Shown: positions 38,673 to 48,579, counted from the first letter of the stretch. The stretch is 64,000 nucleotides of DNA from Gemmatimonadota bacterium (GCA_018660835.1 JABJJN010000011.1:26489-90488), one strand, 5' to 3'. Program-made: numbers and translations. The notes: generated from the sequence alone by a model not told the origin.

Positions 38673-39470
38673 TTACACGCCGCGTTCGAAACGTCGGCAG
38701 AATTTGCTGATTTGCCCGCAGATCCGATGTAAGACCCAGGCATCGCGCCGCTCAAGGGGAGCCCGCGAAAGAAATCGGCGCAAAACTCGTTCAAAATTTG
38801 ACATGTCATCGTTGAAAGGCTTGAAGCCGATCGTCGTCAGCGATTCCAGCACGTGGTGAACGACGCGCTCGAAGTCGTCCACGGATGCGAGAGGAGCCGC
38901 CTCCGGTAGAGGCACCAGAGGCTGTGCACGGAATAATTCATAGGCAATCAGCAGCACGGCTTGAGATAGATTGAAAGACGGATGGTCGACGGCGGAGGGA
39001 ATTCGCACGAGTCGATGACAAAGGCGGAGTTCGTCGCGTGACAACCCGTCCTTTTCGCTGCCGAAGACAACGGCCACAGGATACTGTTGGCAAAGCTGGG
39101 CCGCCTCAGCGCAGGCTGACTCGTGTCTCTGCTCCACGACGCGGAAACGGCCCTGCCGATGAGTGGTCCCCATGACAAAGTGAGTACCTGAAAGCGCCTC
39201 TTCGAGAGTCTCCACCTGCCGGGCCGTAGCAAGAATCTCGGCTGAACCGTGAGCCATCCAGTGGGTCTCGGGCTCCTCGCGCCACGGAGCAGGCCGTACG
39301 AGCACCAGGTTCTCGATGCCCGTGTTTTTCAGAACTCGCGCCACGGAGCCGATATTGCCAGGGGAGGCTGGTTCTACCAAAACGACCCTGATATTGGCCA
39401 GCGGTTGAGCCACTACAAGACCAGCAGCCTCGTGCGTGCCGTCAGTTTCCCCATCAGCGTCTGTCGTCAT
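38673..39470 (-). CDS. TrmJ/LasT family SPOUT RNA methyltransferase
   Basis: VVLVEPASPGNIGSVARVLKN, VFGSEKDGL, PSFNLSQAV. Confidence 0.92.
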   Translation of the reverse strand: MTTDADGETDGTHEAAGLVVAQPLANIRVVLVEPASPGNIGSVARVLKNTGIENLVLVRPAPWREEPETHWMAHGSAEILATARQVETLEEALSGTHFVMGTTHRQGRFRVVEQRHESACAEAAQLCQQYPVAVVFGSEKDGLSRDELRLCHRLVRIPSAVDHPSFNLSQAVLLIAYELFRAQPLVPLPEAAPLASVDDFERVVHHVLESLTTIGFKPFNDDMSNFERVLRRFLSRAPLERRDAWVLHRICGQISKFCRRFERGV

Positions 39471-39535
39471 GATTTCTCAAGGTAAAGATGTTGAGGTTGG
39501 CCGCAATAAAATCTGCAGAAAGCGAGCAGGATTGC

Positions 39536-39564
39536 TTGCGATTTCGTCATAGCAGGGGTACCTT
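39536..39564 (+). promoter_or_regulatory. Putative sigma70 promoter positioned for a leaderless transcript at ATG 39570
   Basis: TTGCGA-17-TACCTT, with 5 nt between the -10 box and the ATG. Confidence 0.45.
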
Positions 39565-39569
39565 CGGCC

Positions 39570-39767
39570 ATGAATACGTATACAGCACAGGCACCGGTCT
39601 TCCTCGGCCGGTTTGTTCAGGAGATATCTACCGAGCGTCTCCGGGAGTCGATTCGTCGTCTTCCCGACCTCAACCGCCCTCAAACGAGCTCACAGCGAAG
39701 ATCCTCTTTCTGCGCTTGCATAGCTGGTTTCTCGCACATCTCACTGACCAAGAATATACCCCAATAA
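39570..39767 (+). CDS. Small hypothetical peptide (65 aa)
   Basis: Fills a 500-bp intergenic gap; promoter spacing fits leaderless initiation; Ser/Cys-containing C-terminal third. Confidence 0.45.
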   Translation: MNTYTAQAPVFLGRFVQEISTERLRESIRRLPDLNRPQTSSQRRSSFCACIAGFSHISLTKNIPQ

Positions 39768-39977
39768 ATACCTAATCGAGCCGTAGCGTCTGCTGAAGGC
39801 GCGCCCAAAGGGCTGGCTCTGGCGTCCCGTCGACATGGTCGTCGCAGACGTCGATTCCTCTCAACCGGCCTCGCGGAGTTGTCTCTCTCCGCATCGTGCC
39901 AAAAGAGTGATGGATCGGTGTGTGTGTGCTGACCAGGTCGGGGAGCCCTGGTGACCGACTGAAACCAAGCTGAAAAC

Positions 39978-41768
39978 ATGAATAGTACTCGACCAACAAT
40001 CTGGCGCCGTGTCTACGGCATCATCATTCCATATCGTGCCCGACTCGTGGTATCGATGGTGACCTTGCTGATCCTCACGGGGCTGGGGTTATGGTCTCCC
40101 TGGTGGTCGGCGAAACTGATCGCCAAAGCGCTCGTTCCCCTTGATGCCAATTTGTTTGTCGTATGCGTGGGTGCCATGTTCGGGATTCACGTCGCCTCGA
40201 GTATTCTGTCCTTTCTCTACTCTTATCAGATGCGCGCCCTTGGTGGCCGCGTCGTCTTCGATCTACGCCGTCGGATGTATGATCACCTGCAGAGACTCTC
40301 CCTGGGCTTCTACGAGAGTCGCAGCTCAGGTGAGATCATCTCGCGCATGATGAACGACGTGAATTCGATCACCTCCCTCGTCACCGGCACCGCCCTCAAT
40401 ACGCTCATCTCGTCGTTCAAGGCGATCGCACTCCTGGTCATCCTGTTTATGGATAGTCCCAAGGTGACCCTCGTCGCCATTGCGATCCTGCCACTGCATT
40501 TTCTCGGCTACTTCTTCTTCAATTCGCGTATCTCTCACGTGCATTGGAAGCGGTCGGAGAAGATGTCGCAGATCTATGGCAAGGTCTCGGAAGTCCTGAG
40601 TGCGATGAAGATGGTCAAGTCACACTCGGGGGAGATGCGTGAGAGCCGATCTTTGATCACGCAACTGCGCGAGTCGTACGACATCGATCTATACTCCGGC
40701 AACCTGGGCAGTGCATGGAGCAATGCGACGGGCAACATCTCTTACATCGGCCAGGTCATCGTCATGCTCGTGTGTGGCTTTGCTGTGCTCGATGGTGAGA
40801 TGGACTTGGAGCAGTATCTGCGACTGATGACATACGTGGGCATGCTTTATGCCCCGGTTGCGGAACTGATCGCTGTGGTGCAGCAGATTATCCCCGCAAA
40901 GGTGGGCATCCGACGTGTCTTCGAGATCATGGATCTGCAACCCGAGGTTGCAGACCGCCCAGATGGCATCCGTGACACGGTCCGCGGCGACGTTGTCTTC
41001 GACAACGTCAATTTCGCCTACGCCCAGGGGGATGAAGTCCTGGCCGAGGTGTCTTTCCAGGCGTCACCTGGTGAAGTAATTGCCTTCGTTGGCCCGAGTG
41101 GCTCAGGCAAGACGACGATCGCCAATCTCATCGCTCGCTTCTATGACCGCAGCTCAGGGGGGATCCTGATCGATGGTCGAGATATTCAGGAGTATTCTCT
41201 GCGCACGCTTAGAAATCAGATGAGCATCGTCTTGCAGGAGACCTTCCTTTTTCGTGGCACGATTGTCGACAACGTGCGCTATGGGAAACCTGATGCAACC
41301 ATGGAAGAGATCGAGGACGCCGCACGGCAAGCGAATGCGCATGAATTCATCTGCACATTGCCTGATGGGTATCGCTCCTTGATCGGCAGCAATGGTACGA
41401 GACTATCAGGGGGACAACGTCAACGAATTGCCATCGCCCGAGCACTGATCCGCAATCCGCGAATCCTCATCCTCGATGAGGCGACGTCTGCCCTCGACAC
41501 CGTATCAGAATCCAAGGTACAGGAAGCACTCGTGCATCTGATGAAGGATCGGACAACCTTCGTTATCGCCCATCGACTCTCGACGATCAAGAATGCGAAC
41601 AAGATCGTCGTATTGAAGGAAGGACGTGTCGTACAGGTGGGCGGACACGACGACCTGATTGATCAAGAAGGACTCTATCGCGAGCTCTACGACCCCGACT
41701 GGGCCAAAGAGCAGAAACGACTACGTGACGAGCGCATCGAAGAGCTCGTACGTGAAACGAATGTGTAA
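39978..41768 (+). CDS. ABC exporter, fused permease/ATPase (MsbA-like half transporter)
   Basis: N-terminal TM domain, GPSGSGKT, LSGGQRQR, ILDEATSALD, IAHRLST. Confidence 0.95.
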   Translation: MNSTRPTIWRRVYGIIIPYRARLVVSMVTLLILTGLGLWSPWWSAKLIAKALVPLDANLFVVCVGAMFGIHVASSILSFLYSYQMRALGGRVVFDLRRRMYDHLQRLSLGFYESRSSGEIISRMMNDVNSITSLVTGTALNTLISSFKAIALLVILFMDSPKVTLVAIAILPLHFLGYFFFNSRISHVHWKRSEKMSQIYGKVSEVLSAMKMVKSHSGEMRESRSLITQLRESYDIDLYSGNLGSAWSNATGNISYIGQVIVMLVCGFAVLDGEMDLEQYLRLMTYVGMLYAPVAELIAVVQQIIPAKVGIRRVFEIMDLQPEVADRPDGIRDTVRGDVVFDNVNFAYAQGDEVLAEVSFQASPGEVIAFVGPSGSGKTTIANLIARFYDRSSGGILIDGRDIQEYSLRTLRNQMSIVLQETFLFRGTIVDNVRYGKPDATMEEIEDAARQANAHEFICTLPDGYRSLIGSNGTRLSGGQRQRIAIARALIRNPRILILDEATSALDTVSESKVQEALVHLMKDRTTFVIAHRLSTIKNANKIVVLKEGRVVQVGGHDDLIDQEGLYRELYDPDWAKEQKRLRDERIEELVRETNV

Positions 41769-41783
41769 GCAAGTGAGTCTCAC

Positions 41784-42947
41784 ATGACGACGATCGTCGA
41801 CGATTCTCAAGAGCAACAGACAGGGTATCTGCGCCCGATCGTATTTGATCTGGTCGCACACTACGAACCGAGCGCTCACTTTCAATTCTCGCGCCGTGTA
41901 CGCAACGAGTTCGACGAACTCGCGAAAGAGTACACGCGTTCCACTTGGCTGTTAGGGCGTTATGGTGGCCGACCAGTGATGCAGACCGACATCCAGGGGA
42001 TTGGCGTCGCCTCACGTGTCGAGATCGGTCGTCTCGTCCTGCGCCAGGGCAAGCAGGCGGAATTGATCCGCAGTGCAATGCAGATGTTTGCTGCATGCCA
42101 GGAGAAGAATCTGGCATCGGGCGCGATCAGCAGAGTGATGATCAATTTTCCCAAGGCGAGTGAACGTCCCAATGAGCGCACTGTCGTTCGTGAGGCTTTT
42201 GATAGCACTTTTGCGGCAGAGCAGGACCGTGGCGCGTCCAGCTGTTTTGTCGCGTGGGAGATTGACCATCTCGAGATCGGTCGCTGCGTCACTTATCAGA
42301 GTCTGACTCAATATCTGCGTGAAGATGGTATCTATCATAGCAAGCATCGGGGAAGAGTCGACGCAGTGCAGAGACATCTCCAGCAGGAAGTGGGGCGCTA
42401 CGAGTCTCATCGGTTCTTTGTCCGGCCACAGCGGCAGGAGGGGAGCACACCCTCTTTGTCATTCTGCTACACGGGTGACTCTGCCGATCGTCGTGTTGAG
42501 GCCTTTATGGCAGGTTACACGGATGAGGCCCTTGAATTCATCTCAGCAGAGGACTACGAGAGCCAGCGTTCGCAGTTTTCCAGTCTTTCCGACTACGAAC
42601 GGGCGAGTCGCCGATTCGGTGGTTTGTGGATTCTTCAGAATGACATTGTCCGCAGACTGTACTCCCAGCAAGTTGGGGCACTGTATCTATTCTTTGACGA
42701 GGACAGGCGGCCTGAACTCGACAGAGTGTTCTCTTGGGATGAACTGTTTGAGCGTCAGCGTGAGTCGGCGTATATCCCGCGGGCATCGCGCAATTCACAG
42801 ACCTTCCTCGATATGGTGCTAGAGGAGATGGTGCGCGCGCGTTTTGTCACCACGAAGGATGATACTTACCAGTTGGCAGCCGGCTTTGACTCTTACAAGC
42901 ACGTCACATTTTACCAACTCGACGACTACCGCAAACGCCAAGTCTGA
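41784..42947 (+). CDS. Hypothetical protein (387 aa), possible C-terminal winged helix
   Basis: Long ORF 15 nt after the ABC gene; C-terminal FLDMVLEEMVRARFVTTKDDTYQL. Confidence 0.7.
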   Translation: MTTIVDDSQEQQTGYLRPIVFDLVAHYEPSAHFQFSRRVRNEFDELAKEYTRSTWLLGRYGGRPVMQTDIQGIGVASRVEIGRLVLRQGKQAELIRSAMQMFAACQEKNLASGAISRVMINFPKASERPNERTVVREAFDSTFAAEQDRGASSCFVAWEIDHLEIGRCVTYQSLTQYLREDGIYHSKHRGRVDAVQRHLQQEVGRYESHRFFVRPQRQEGSTPSLSFCYTGDSADRRVEAFMAGYTDEALEFISAEDYESQRSQFSSLSDYERASRRFGGLWILQNDIVRRLYSQQVGALYLFFDEDRRPELDRVFSWDELFERQRESAYIPRASRNSQTFLDMVLEEMVRARFVTTKDDTYQLAAGFDSYKHVTFYQLDDYRKRQV

Positions 42948-43022
42948 GTCGGAGGTGGCCACCGTCGCCCTTGACGCGATTGTTCAGCACCGCGAACCTC
43001 GAAGGCCGGTCATCACAGGACG

Positions 43023-44387
43023 ATGACCATCCACCCGATTCAAGCAGGAGTGCAGGTGCTGCTCGAAAACCCTCGTGCAGACGAGGGAATCTCGGATTTC
43101 GAGTCACGTGCCATGCACGACGGCCGCCTGTGGTTGCATGTGCATGCGTCCCAGCGATACAAGTCGACGACGGTGGATCTGTTCCTGCCGACCCTGTTGC
43201 AACCTCGACGTGCAACCGGGCTGGCCTTGATCGCCCGACTCCTGGAGCGGGGAACTCAAGCGCATCCGGATTTGCGTGCTCTCAACCGCTACACGGACTG
43301 GCTTTACGGAGCCAACTATTTCGCGGCAACACAGCGCTTCGGTGCGTATCAAGTACTGCGACTGCACTTGGCTGCCGTTGATGACCGCTTTCTCCCACAG
43401 CCTGAATCTCTTGGCCTGCAAGGCGCGCAGTTGTTGTCCGATGTTCTGTTGCGCCCACATGCCCCCCAGGGAGTCTTCGGGTCCGCCTGGGTAGAGCAGG
43501 AACGACTCGCGCACAAAAAATCCATCGCAGCGTCGATGGAAGACCGCTCCGTGCGCGCCCAGCGCCGATGCATACAGATCATGTGCCCCAACGAACCTTA
43601 TCGGCTCAGCGCTGATGGGGATGCCACAGAAGTTGATCTCTTCGATGGCCGCCAGCTGACCGAGCTGTTAGCAAGTCACACTCGGCAAAGCGTCGCCCAT
43701 CTCTATGTCTGCGGTGATGTCGACATGGCACAAGCCATGCAGATGTCTGAACTTTTCGCGTGGGAGCGTGCTGACAACCTTGAGTCGCTGGCGGACACTG
43801 GATCTGCCAGCCAGCAGCATCCTCAGCAGGTCATTGAGTTTGGCGATGCCTCACAGGGGAGACTCATGATAGGGCATCGCGGTGGGATCCACCTCGGTCA
43901 TCCAGAGTATCCGGCATTTCTTCTGCTAAATGTGATCCTTGGTGGTGAGATGGTTGGCCGTCTCTACCGACGCGTGCGCGAGCTGGAAGGCCTCTGCTAC
44001 CACATTGCCTCTTATATCGAACCCATGGCGGGTTTTCTTTTCGTCGAGGCTGGGATTGAGGTGGCAAACCTGGATCGTGTCCAGCAACACATTGCCGATG
44101 AATTGACCGCTCTCGGAAGTGCAGGGCCAACGGATGAAGAATTGGACAATGCCCGCCTCGTGATTCAGCATCGCCTCAACGCAATCGCCGATCATCGCGA
44201 TGCTCTCGTGCACTTCGATCTGCAGCGTCGCCTCGCACAGGCCCAGATTAGCAGAGGCAGGCTCGCCAGTATCCTGTCAGAAGTGGATGCTGACCAGATA
44301 AGGAACGTCGCGGCTCAGCTCCGGCGAGATACAACGTATCTATTGGCCCCGGAAACAGCGGCGGAAGTGGTTCCGGGGGCGCCATGA
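43023..44387 (+). CDS. M16 family peptidase-like subunit, non-catalytic (YmfF-like)
   Basis: RYKSTTV, LLERGT, NVILGG...RLYRRVRELEGLCY; no HxxEH. Confidence 0.85.
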   Translation: MTIHPIQAGVQVLLENPRADEGISDFESRAMHDGRLWLHVHASQRYKSTTVDLFLPTLLQPRRATGLALIARLLERGTQAHPDLRALNRYTDWLYGANYFAATQRFGAYQVLRLHLAAVDDRFLPQPESLGLQGAQLLSDVLLRPHAPQGVFGSAWVEQERLAHKKSIAASMEDRSVRAQRRCIQIMCPNEPYRLSADGDATEVDLFDGRQLTELLASHTRQSVAHLYVCGDVDMAQAMQMSELFAWERADNLESLADTGSASQQHPQQVIEFGDASQGRLMIGHRGGIHLGHPEYPAFLLLNVILGGEMVGRLYRRVRELEGLCYHIASYIEPMAGFLFVEAGIEVANLDRVQQHIADELTALGSAGPTDEELDNARLVIQHRLNAIADHRDALVHFDLQRRLAQAQISRGRLASILSEVDADQIRNVAAQLRRDTTYLLAPETAAEVVPGAP

Positions 44388-45691
44388 GCATAGAACAAAC
44401 CATCGCTTCTTCCGTCCGGATTCATCCGATGCTGGCTGAACAGATCCATCATCACCAGTGGCCCAATGGCCTGCAACTGTGGCTCTGCCCTCGGCCCGGG
44501 CGTACGGTCTCGGTCCATCTTTCGGTGGCAGCTGGCTCTCTGGATCGAGGTACGCCGGAGCAAATCCTTCCAGCTGGCACGGCCCACTTCCTTGAGCATC
44601 GACTCTTCGAAAAACATGACGGAGATTTGACAGGCCAGTTTGCAGCCCTGGGCGCAGACATCGACGCAGAAACGGGTTTCACACACACCTCGTTTACATG
44701 TGATGTCGCGCCATCTCGCATGTCAGGATGCCTGGAATTGCTGGCAAGGCTGGTGTTAGAACCCTATTTCCCGGAGTCTGCTGTCGAGCGCGAGAGGGAT
44801 ATCATCCTCAGAGAGATTGAGCTCTACGAGGACAATGTAGAGTGGGTCGCTTTTCAGGCAGCAACGCAGGCCCTCTACCCCGATCAACCCATAGCTGACG
44901 ATATTGCCGGAACTGGGCAGAGTCTGACGAGGATCGATGCTAGCGCTCTTGCGACGGCTCACAGACATCTGTACCGACCCGATCGAATGCAACTGATCGT
45001 CACAGGCCCCGTCGATATGGAGCCACTACGCGATACAGTAGAGGAGCTATTTGCTGGCCTGTCCCGATCCCCAGATCAGAGCATACCGGCGCACCAGATC
45101 GCGATGGCAGCCCCATGCAGGATCCACAAACAACTTGCCCTTGCACGGCCTCGGCTGTGGCTGGGGATTGCTGACACGCCTCCCGGTCAGCAATCCCAGG
45201 GGCTGAAACGAGAACTCCATCTCGAGTGGATTCTAGATATGCTTCTTGGGGGAGCCAGTGCATTTTTCAGTACGCACTATGAATCTTCCCTCATAGATGG
45301 TGACAGTTTTGGTAGCGAGATCTACGTAGACGAGTCTTTCTCTTTCTCCCTGGTCGGTGGAGACACAGATGATCCGATGCGACTTGGAGACATCCTGCTG
45401 CAAACACTCTCTGACCCACTCACGCCAGATCTTCTTGCTGAAGACTTCGATCGAGCAAGTCGGCGGGCCTATGGCGAGCTGGTGACAAGCTTCGAGGACG
45501 GCGGCAGTGTTCAGGATTTCATTGAGACAGCCGTCCTGAGAGGATGCCATCCTTTTGATCTTGTGGACCTGGTTTTGAACACAGGCGCCGATGACCTGAT
45601 CTCCACTTGGCAGACGTCATTGCGAGACTGTGAACCCGCCTGGACAGTGGTGGGCCCTGGCCTCGACGTCACCGAGGGGGCCGATGGCTGA
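44384..45691 (+). CDS. M16 family zinc peptidase, catalytic subunit (YmfH-like)
   Basis: PAGTAHFLEHRLF (HxxEH), ERERDIILREIELYED, DIAGT, YRPDRMQLIVTG. Confidence 0.9.
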   Translation: MSIEQTIASSVRIHPMLAEQIHHHQWPNGLQLWLCPRPGRTVSVHLSVAAGSLDRGTPEQILPAGTAHFLEHRLFEKHDGDLTGQFAALGADIDAETGFTHTSFTCDVAPSRMSGCLELLARLVLEPYFPESAVERERDIILREIELYEDNVEWVAFQAATQALYPDQPIADDIAGTGQSLTRIDASALATAHRHLYRPDRMQLIVTGPVDMEPLRDTVEELFAGLSRSPDQSIPAHQIAMAAPCRIHKQLALARPRLWLGIADTPPGQQSQGLKRELHLEWILDMLLGGASAFFSTHYESSLIDGDSFGSEIYVDESFSFSLVGGDTDDPMRLGDILLQTLSDPLTPDLLAEDFDRASRRAYGELVTSFEDGGSVQDFIETAVLRGCHPFDLVDLVLNTGADDLISTWQTSLRDCEPAWTVVGPGLDVTEGADG

Positions 45692-46700
45692 GGAGAAGCT
45701 TTATAGCTACGAGGTCACATGTGCCGGTGGATTCGAGGATGTCCTGATCGATGAAATTCGTGAACGCCTTGGCAAACGTGTCGTGGGACTTCGCGAGGAG
45801 CGTGGCGAAGTCGGTCGCGTGTTCTTCGATTATGAAGGCTCGCCGCGAAAACTACTCGAATTGGAGTGTGCAACAGGTATCTGTTCCGTCGTCAGGCAGA
45901 TGCATGATGTCACTGTCGGCCCAGCCGGTCTGGAGCGAATTCGTCAGCGGCTGACATCCCTGCCACTGGACTCGATGCGGCGCCTGGCGGGTGTCGCAGG
46001 CGAGTTGCATGAAGCCACCGGATATCGACTTCGTGTCCATCAGCGCGGGGCGCATCGGTTCACAGCATCTGACGTGGAAGCTGCGGCCCGGCAGGTCTTG
46101 GAAACGCAGGAACTTTCAGCCTCGCCTGGAGGCCTCGATCTCGAGCTCCGTCTACAGAAACGCCGAGCGCACCTCAAGCTCGCTCTGAGAAACAATCCTC
46201 GTGCCGGTGCGATTGAGACAGAAGGGTTACCTGCTGCCTATGTGGCTGCCATCGTCCGGATGTTGGGGCTCGATGACTCGGACGACCTTCTATTGATCCA
46301 GGCCCAGGCCCAGGCAGCGATTGCCGCGGCACGTGTAAGTGGCAGCCAAATCGTCGCCACATCGAGACGACGCTCTCAGGGGAACCGTGCGCCCGTTGTC
46401 GTGTGCGCTGACGACCAGCTTCCCATTGGCTCGGCTACCATGACGGCGGCAATCATCATTGTCGGTGATGATCATGACACGGTCCCAGGCAGCGGGCAAG
46501 TGCGACTACAGCAGGTCGTAGAGTGCGTCGCAGAGGATGGTGTGATCGCAGCCCTGGTGCCAAGATCCGATTCATTCGCCGCGCGATTGCCTCAATGGGG
46601 TCTGCCACTCGAGGTGATAGGCGCTGTGCCCCTGTATATCCGGCGGCAGCGATGGGCCCTGTTTCTGTTACAGCGATTGCCCCTGCTACATTTGGGTTGA
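45684..46700 (+). CDS. THUMP-domain protein with degenerate methyltransferase-like C-terminus
   Basis: VTCAGGFEDVLIDEI...GRVFF N-terminus typical of THUMP methylases; SAM motif not recognisable. Confidence 0.6.
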   Translation: MAEEKLYSYEVTCAGGFEDVLIDEIRERLGKRVVGLREERGEVGRVFFDYEGSPRKLLELECATGICSVVRQMHDVTVGPAGLERIRQRLTSLPLDSMRRLAGVAGELHEATGYRLRVHQRGAHRFTASDVEAAARQVLETQELSASPGGLDLELRLQKRRAHLKLALRNNPRAGAIETEGLPAAYVAAIVRMLGLDDSDDLLLIQAQAQAAIAAARVSGSQIVATSRRRSQGNRAPVVVCADDQLPIGSATMTAAIIIVGDDHDTVPGSGQVRLQQVVECVAEDGVIAALVPRSDSFAARLPQWGLPLEVIGAVPLYIRRQRWALFLLQRLPLLHLG

Positions 46701-46796
46701 GCTCTCGGCATGTAGTTTGCGAGGGTAGAGGAGATCGCCACAGGGAATGTGGAGAGGAAAGGGTCTGTCAGGCCTTGGCCAATTGCACTCAAGGGA

Positions 46797-46825
46797 TTGA
46801 TTTTACAGTAGTTTGACGATAGTTT
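46797..46825 (+). promoter_or_regulatory. Putative promoter of the fliN-like gene with TAGTTTGA direct repeat
   Basis: TTGATT-17-TAGTTT; tagtttga at 46809 and 46820. Confidence 0.4.
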
Positions 46826-46952
46826 GAGCAGGACGGTTGCGTGTCTCACTGGTAGGGTGTTTCGTTATCTGTCCTGGTGTTTTCTTCCGGTCGTGTAAGG
46901 GAAACACGTTCAATCTGTCGCCGAATTCGCCCAAACAGCGAGCGAGTTGAGC

Positions 46953-47462
46953 ATGAGTGAGCACGAGTCGACTACAGAGGTCATCGATGAGACGGATTCC
47001 GTTGAGCCGGCTGATCTCAACGAGCAACTCGGCGAGCCCGGATCCGCGGGGGCCGCAGGCTCTGCTGCCCCGTCCGATGATCCGATCGCCGCAGCGATGC
47101 AGGCCTGGGCAGCTGGTGGTCATAGCGAGGTAGAAGCCGACGGCGATGAAGTCCTCCCCGTCCAGTTTGCTCAGCTTGAGCCACCACCGGCTCAGAAAAT
47201 CAAGCCACGCTTCGGCCGTCTTAACAATGTCCAGGTAGATATCACCGTCGAATTGGGACGCAAAGAGATGACCGTGCGTGAGATCACGAATCTGAAAGAG
47301 CAGGACGTGATCGATCTGAGTAAGCTGGCCGGTGAAGCCTTTGACATCCTGATTAATCACCGCCCCTTTGCTGAGGGCGAAATCGTCGTCGTCACCGACT
47401 TGATGGCGGTGCGCATTACGCGCTTGATCGATCCGAAGAATCCCGACGAAGACGAAGAGTAG
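46953..47462 (+). CDS. fliN: FliM/FliN (SpoA) family flagellar switch protein, orphan
   Basis: VQFAQL, VQVDITVELGRKEMTVREI, VIDLSKLAGE, FAEGEIVVV, VRIT. Confidence 0.85.
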   Translation: MSEHESTTEVIDETDSVEPADLNEQLGEPGSAGAAGSAAPSDDPIAAAMQAWAAGGHSEVEADGDEVLPVQFAQLEPPPAQKIKPRFGRLNNVQVDITVELGRKEMTVREITNLKEQDVIDLSKLAGEAFDILINHRPFAEGEIVVVTDLMAVRITRLIDPKNPDEDEE

Positions 47463-47473
47463 CCCGCTCTTGT

Positions 47474-47884
47474 TCAGACGGCGGGGGGGACCCACTTCTT
47501 CGTCGACACTTCGTTACGCTTCAATGCGGTAGCGATTAGTTCGTTGAGTTCCGATGCGGCAATGGGGAACTGAGCAAAACCTTCAAAACGAACACGTTTC
47601 AAGCGCAGTTTCGTCAGCTGGTCAAGTTCGACCGGCGAATGCATAATGACGGGAATGCTCTCTGTTGCCGGATGATTCCGAATGGAATGGAAGAAGTCAA
47701 TGCCATCCATCCCCGGTATAAATAGGTCGAGCATAATCACGTTCGGGCGGCGTTGAACCAGACTTTCAACTGCCTCCGATGCGGTGGTCGCAAATCCAAG
47801 TTCGTGCTTTGAGCGATACCGAAATATCTTCTCCACGTATTTTCGTGTCTGTGGATTGTCGTCAATCATCAGCACGTAAGCCAC
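47474..47884 (-). CDS. Single-domain response regulator (atypical)
   Basis: VLMIDDN, IMLDLFIPGMDG, IPVIMHS; the conserved KP is replaced by FP; GTG start at 47884 with SD GGGAG. Confidence 0.85.
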   Translation of the reverse strand: MAYVLMIDDNPQTRKYVEKIFRYRSKHELGFATTASEAVESLVQRRPNVIMLDLFIPGMDGIDFFHSIRNHPATESIPVIMHSPVELDQLTKLRLKRVRFEGFAQFPIAASELNELIATALKRNEVSTKKWVPPAV

Positions 47885-48027
47885 TGCCTTCTCCCGGCGA
47901 TGCGGTCCGTCGTCCTGTGCCAATAACCGTCCCTCGCGCACTGATCGCAAATCCGGGAGGCGCACTGTTCTGCCCCGTGTTATCTTCAAGTCTTACAGGT
48001 TCTCCACCCACTCTAGCACTTTCGGGG

Positions 48028-48576
48028 ATGATGGTTCGCACTCAGCGTACGTACTACGTGGCCTTCGGCATCGCTTTGCTCATTCAATCATGTGGCACAG
48101 CCAACGACCAAGAAGAACCACACCGAGGAGCCGATGATACACGATATGAAATCGTGATCGTTGACAGTGCCGGCGTGCAGGAGCCCGGGCAGAGCGATGC
48201 GGAATCCGCAGCTGTTCGCCCGCCGCCAAGTGAGATGCCCGCAGCTGAGTCGATCGATGCGTCACAACCGCCTCCACCCCCTGGTGTCGACGACGAGGCA
48301 GGAGGGGATAGACTGCTGTCTTTCGACCCAGACGGACAGTATGTCGTCCAAGTGGGTGTCTTGGCAGATCTCGGCAAAGCACGTAAACGGGTGCGGCAAC
48401 TCGTGGACTTGGGATACCCGGCCTTCCTCGCGGGAAGACCATCGACTGAACAGACGCGCATTCGCATCGGTTTTTTTGGCTCACACGACGACGCGACACA
48501 GTTTGGTCAGCGCTTCGTTCGCGACCATGGTGGTGAATTCTGGGTCGATCGCCGCCCGTCAAAAGGAGCCGAGTAG
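48028..48576 (+). CDS. SPOR-domain lipoprotein
   Basis: Signal ending IQSC; YVVQVGV...LGYPAF...RIRIGFF SPOR pattern. Confidence 0.82.
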   Translation: MMVRTQRTYYVAFGIALLIQSCGTANDQEEPHRGADDTRYEIVIVDSAGVQEPGQSDAESAAVRPPPSEMPAAESIDASQPPPPPGVDDEAGGDRLLSFDPDGQYVVQVGVLADLGKARKRVRQLVDLGYPAFLAGRPSTEQTRIRIGFFGSHDDATQFGQRFVRDHGGEFWVDRRPSKGAE

Positions 48577-48579
48577 CTC

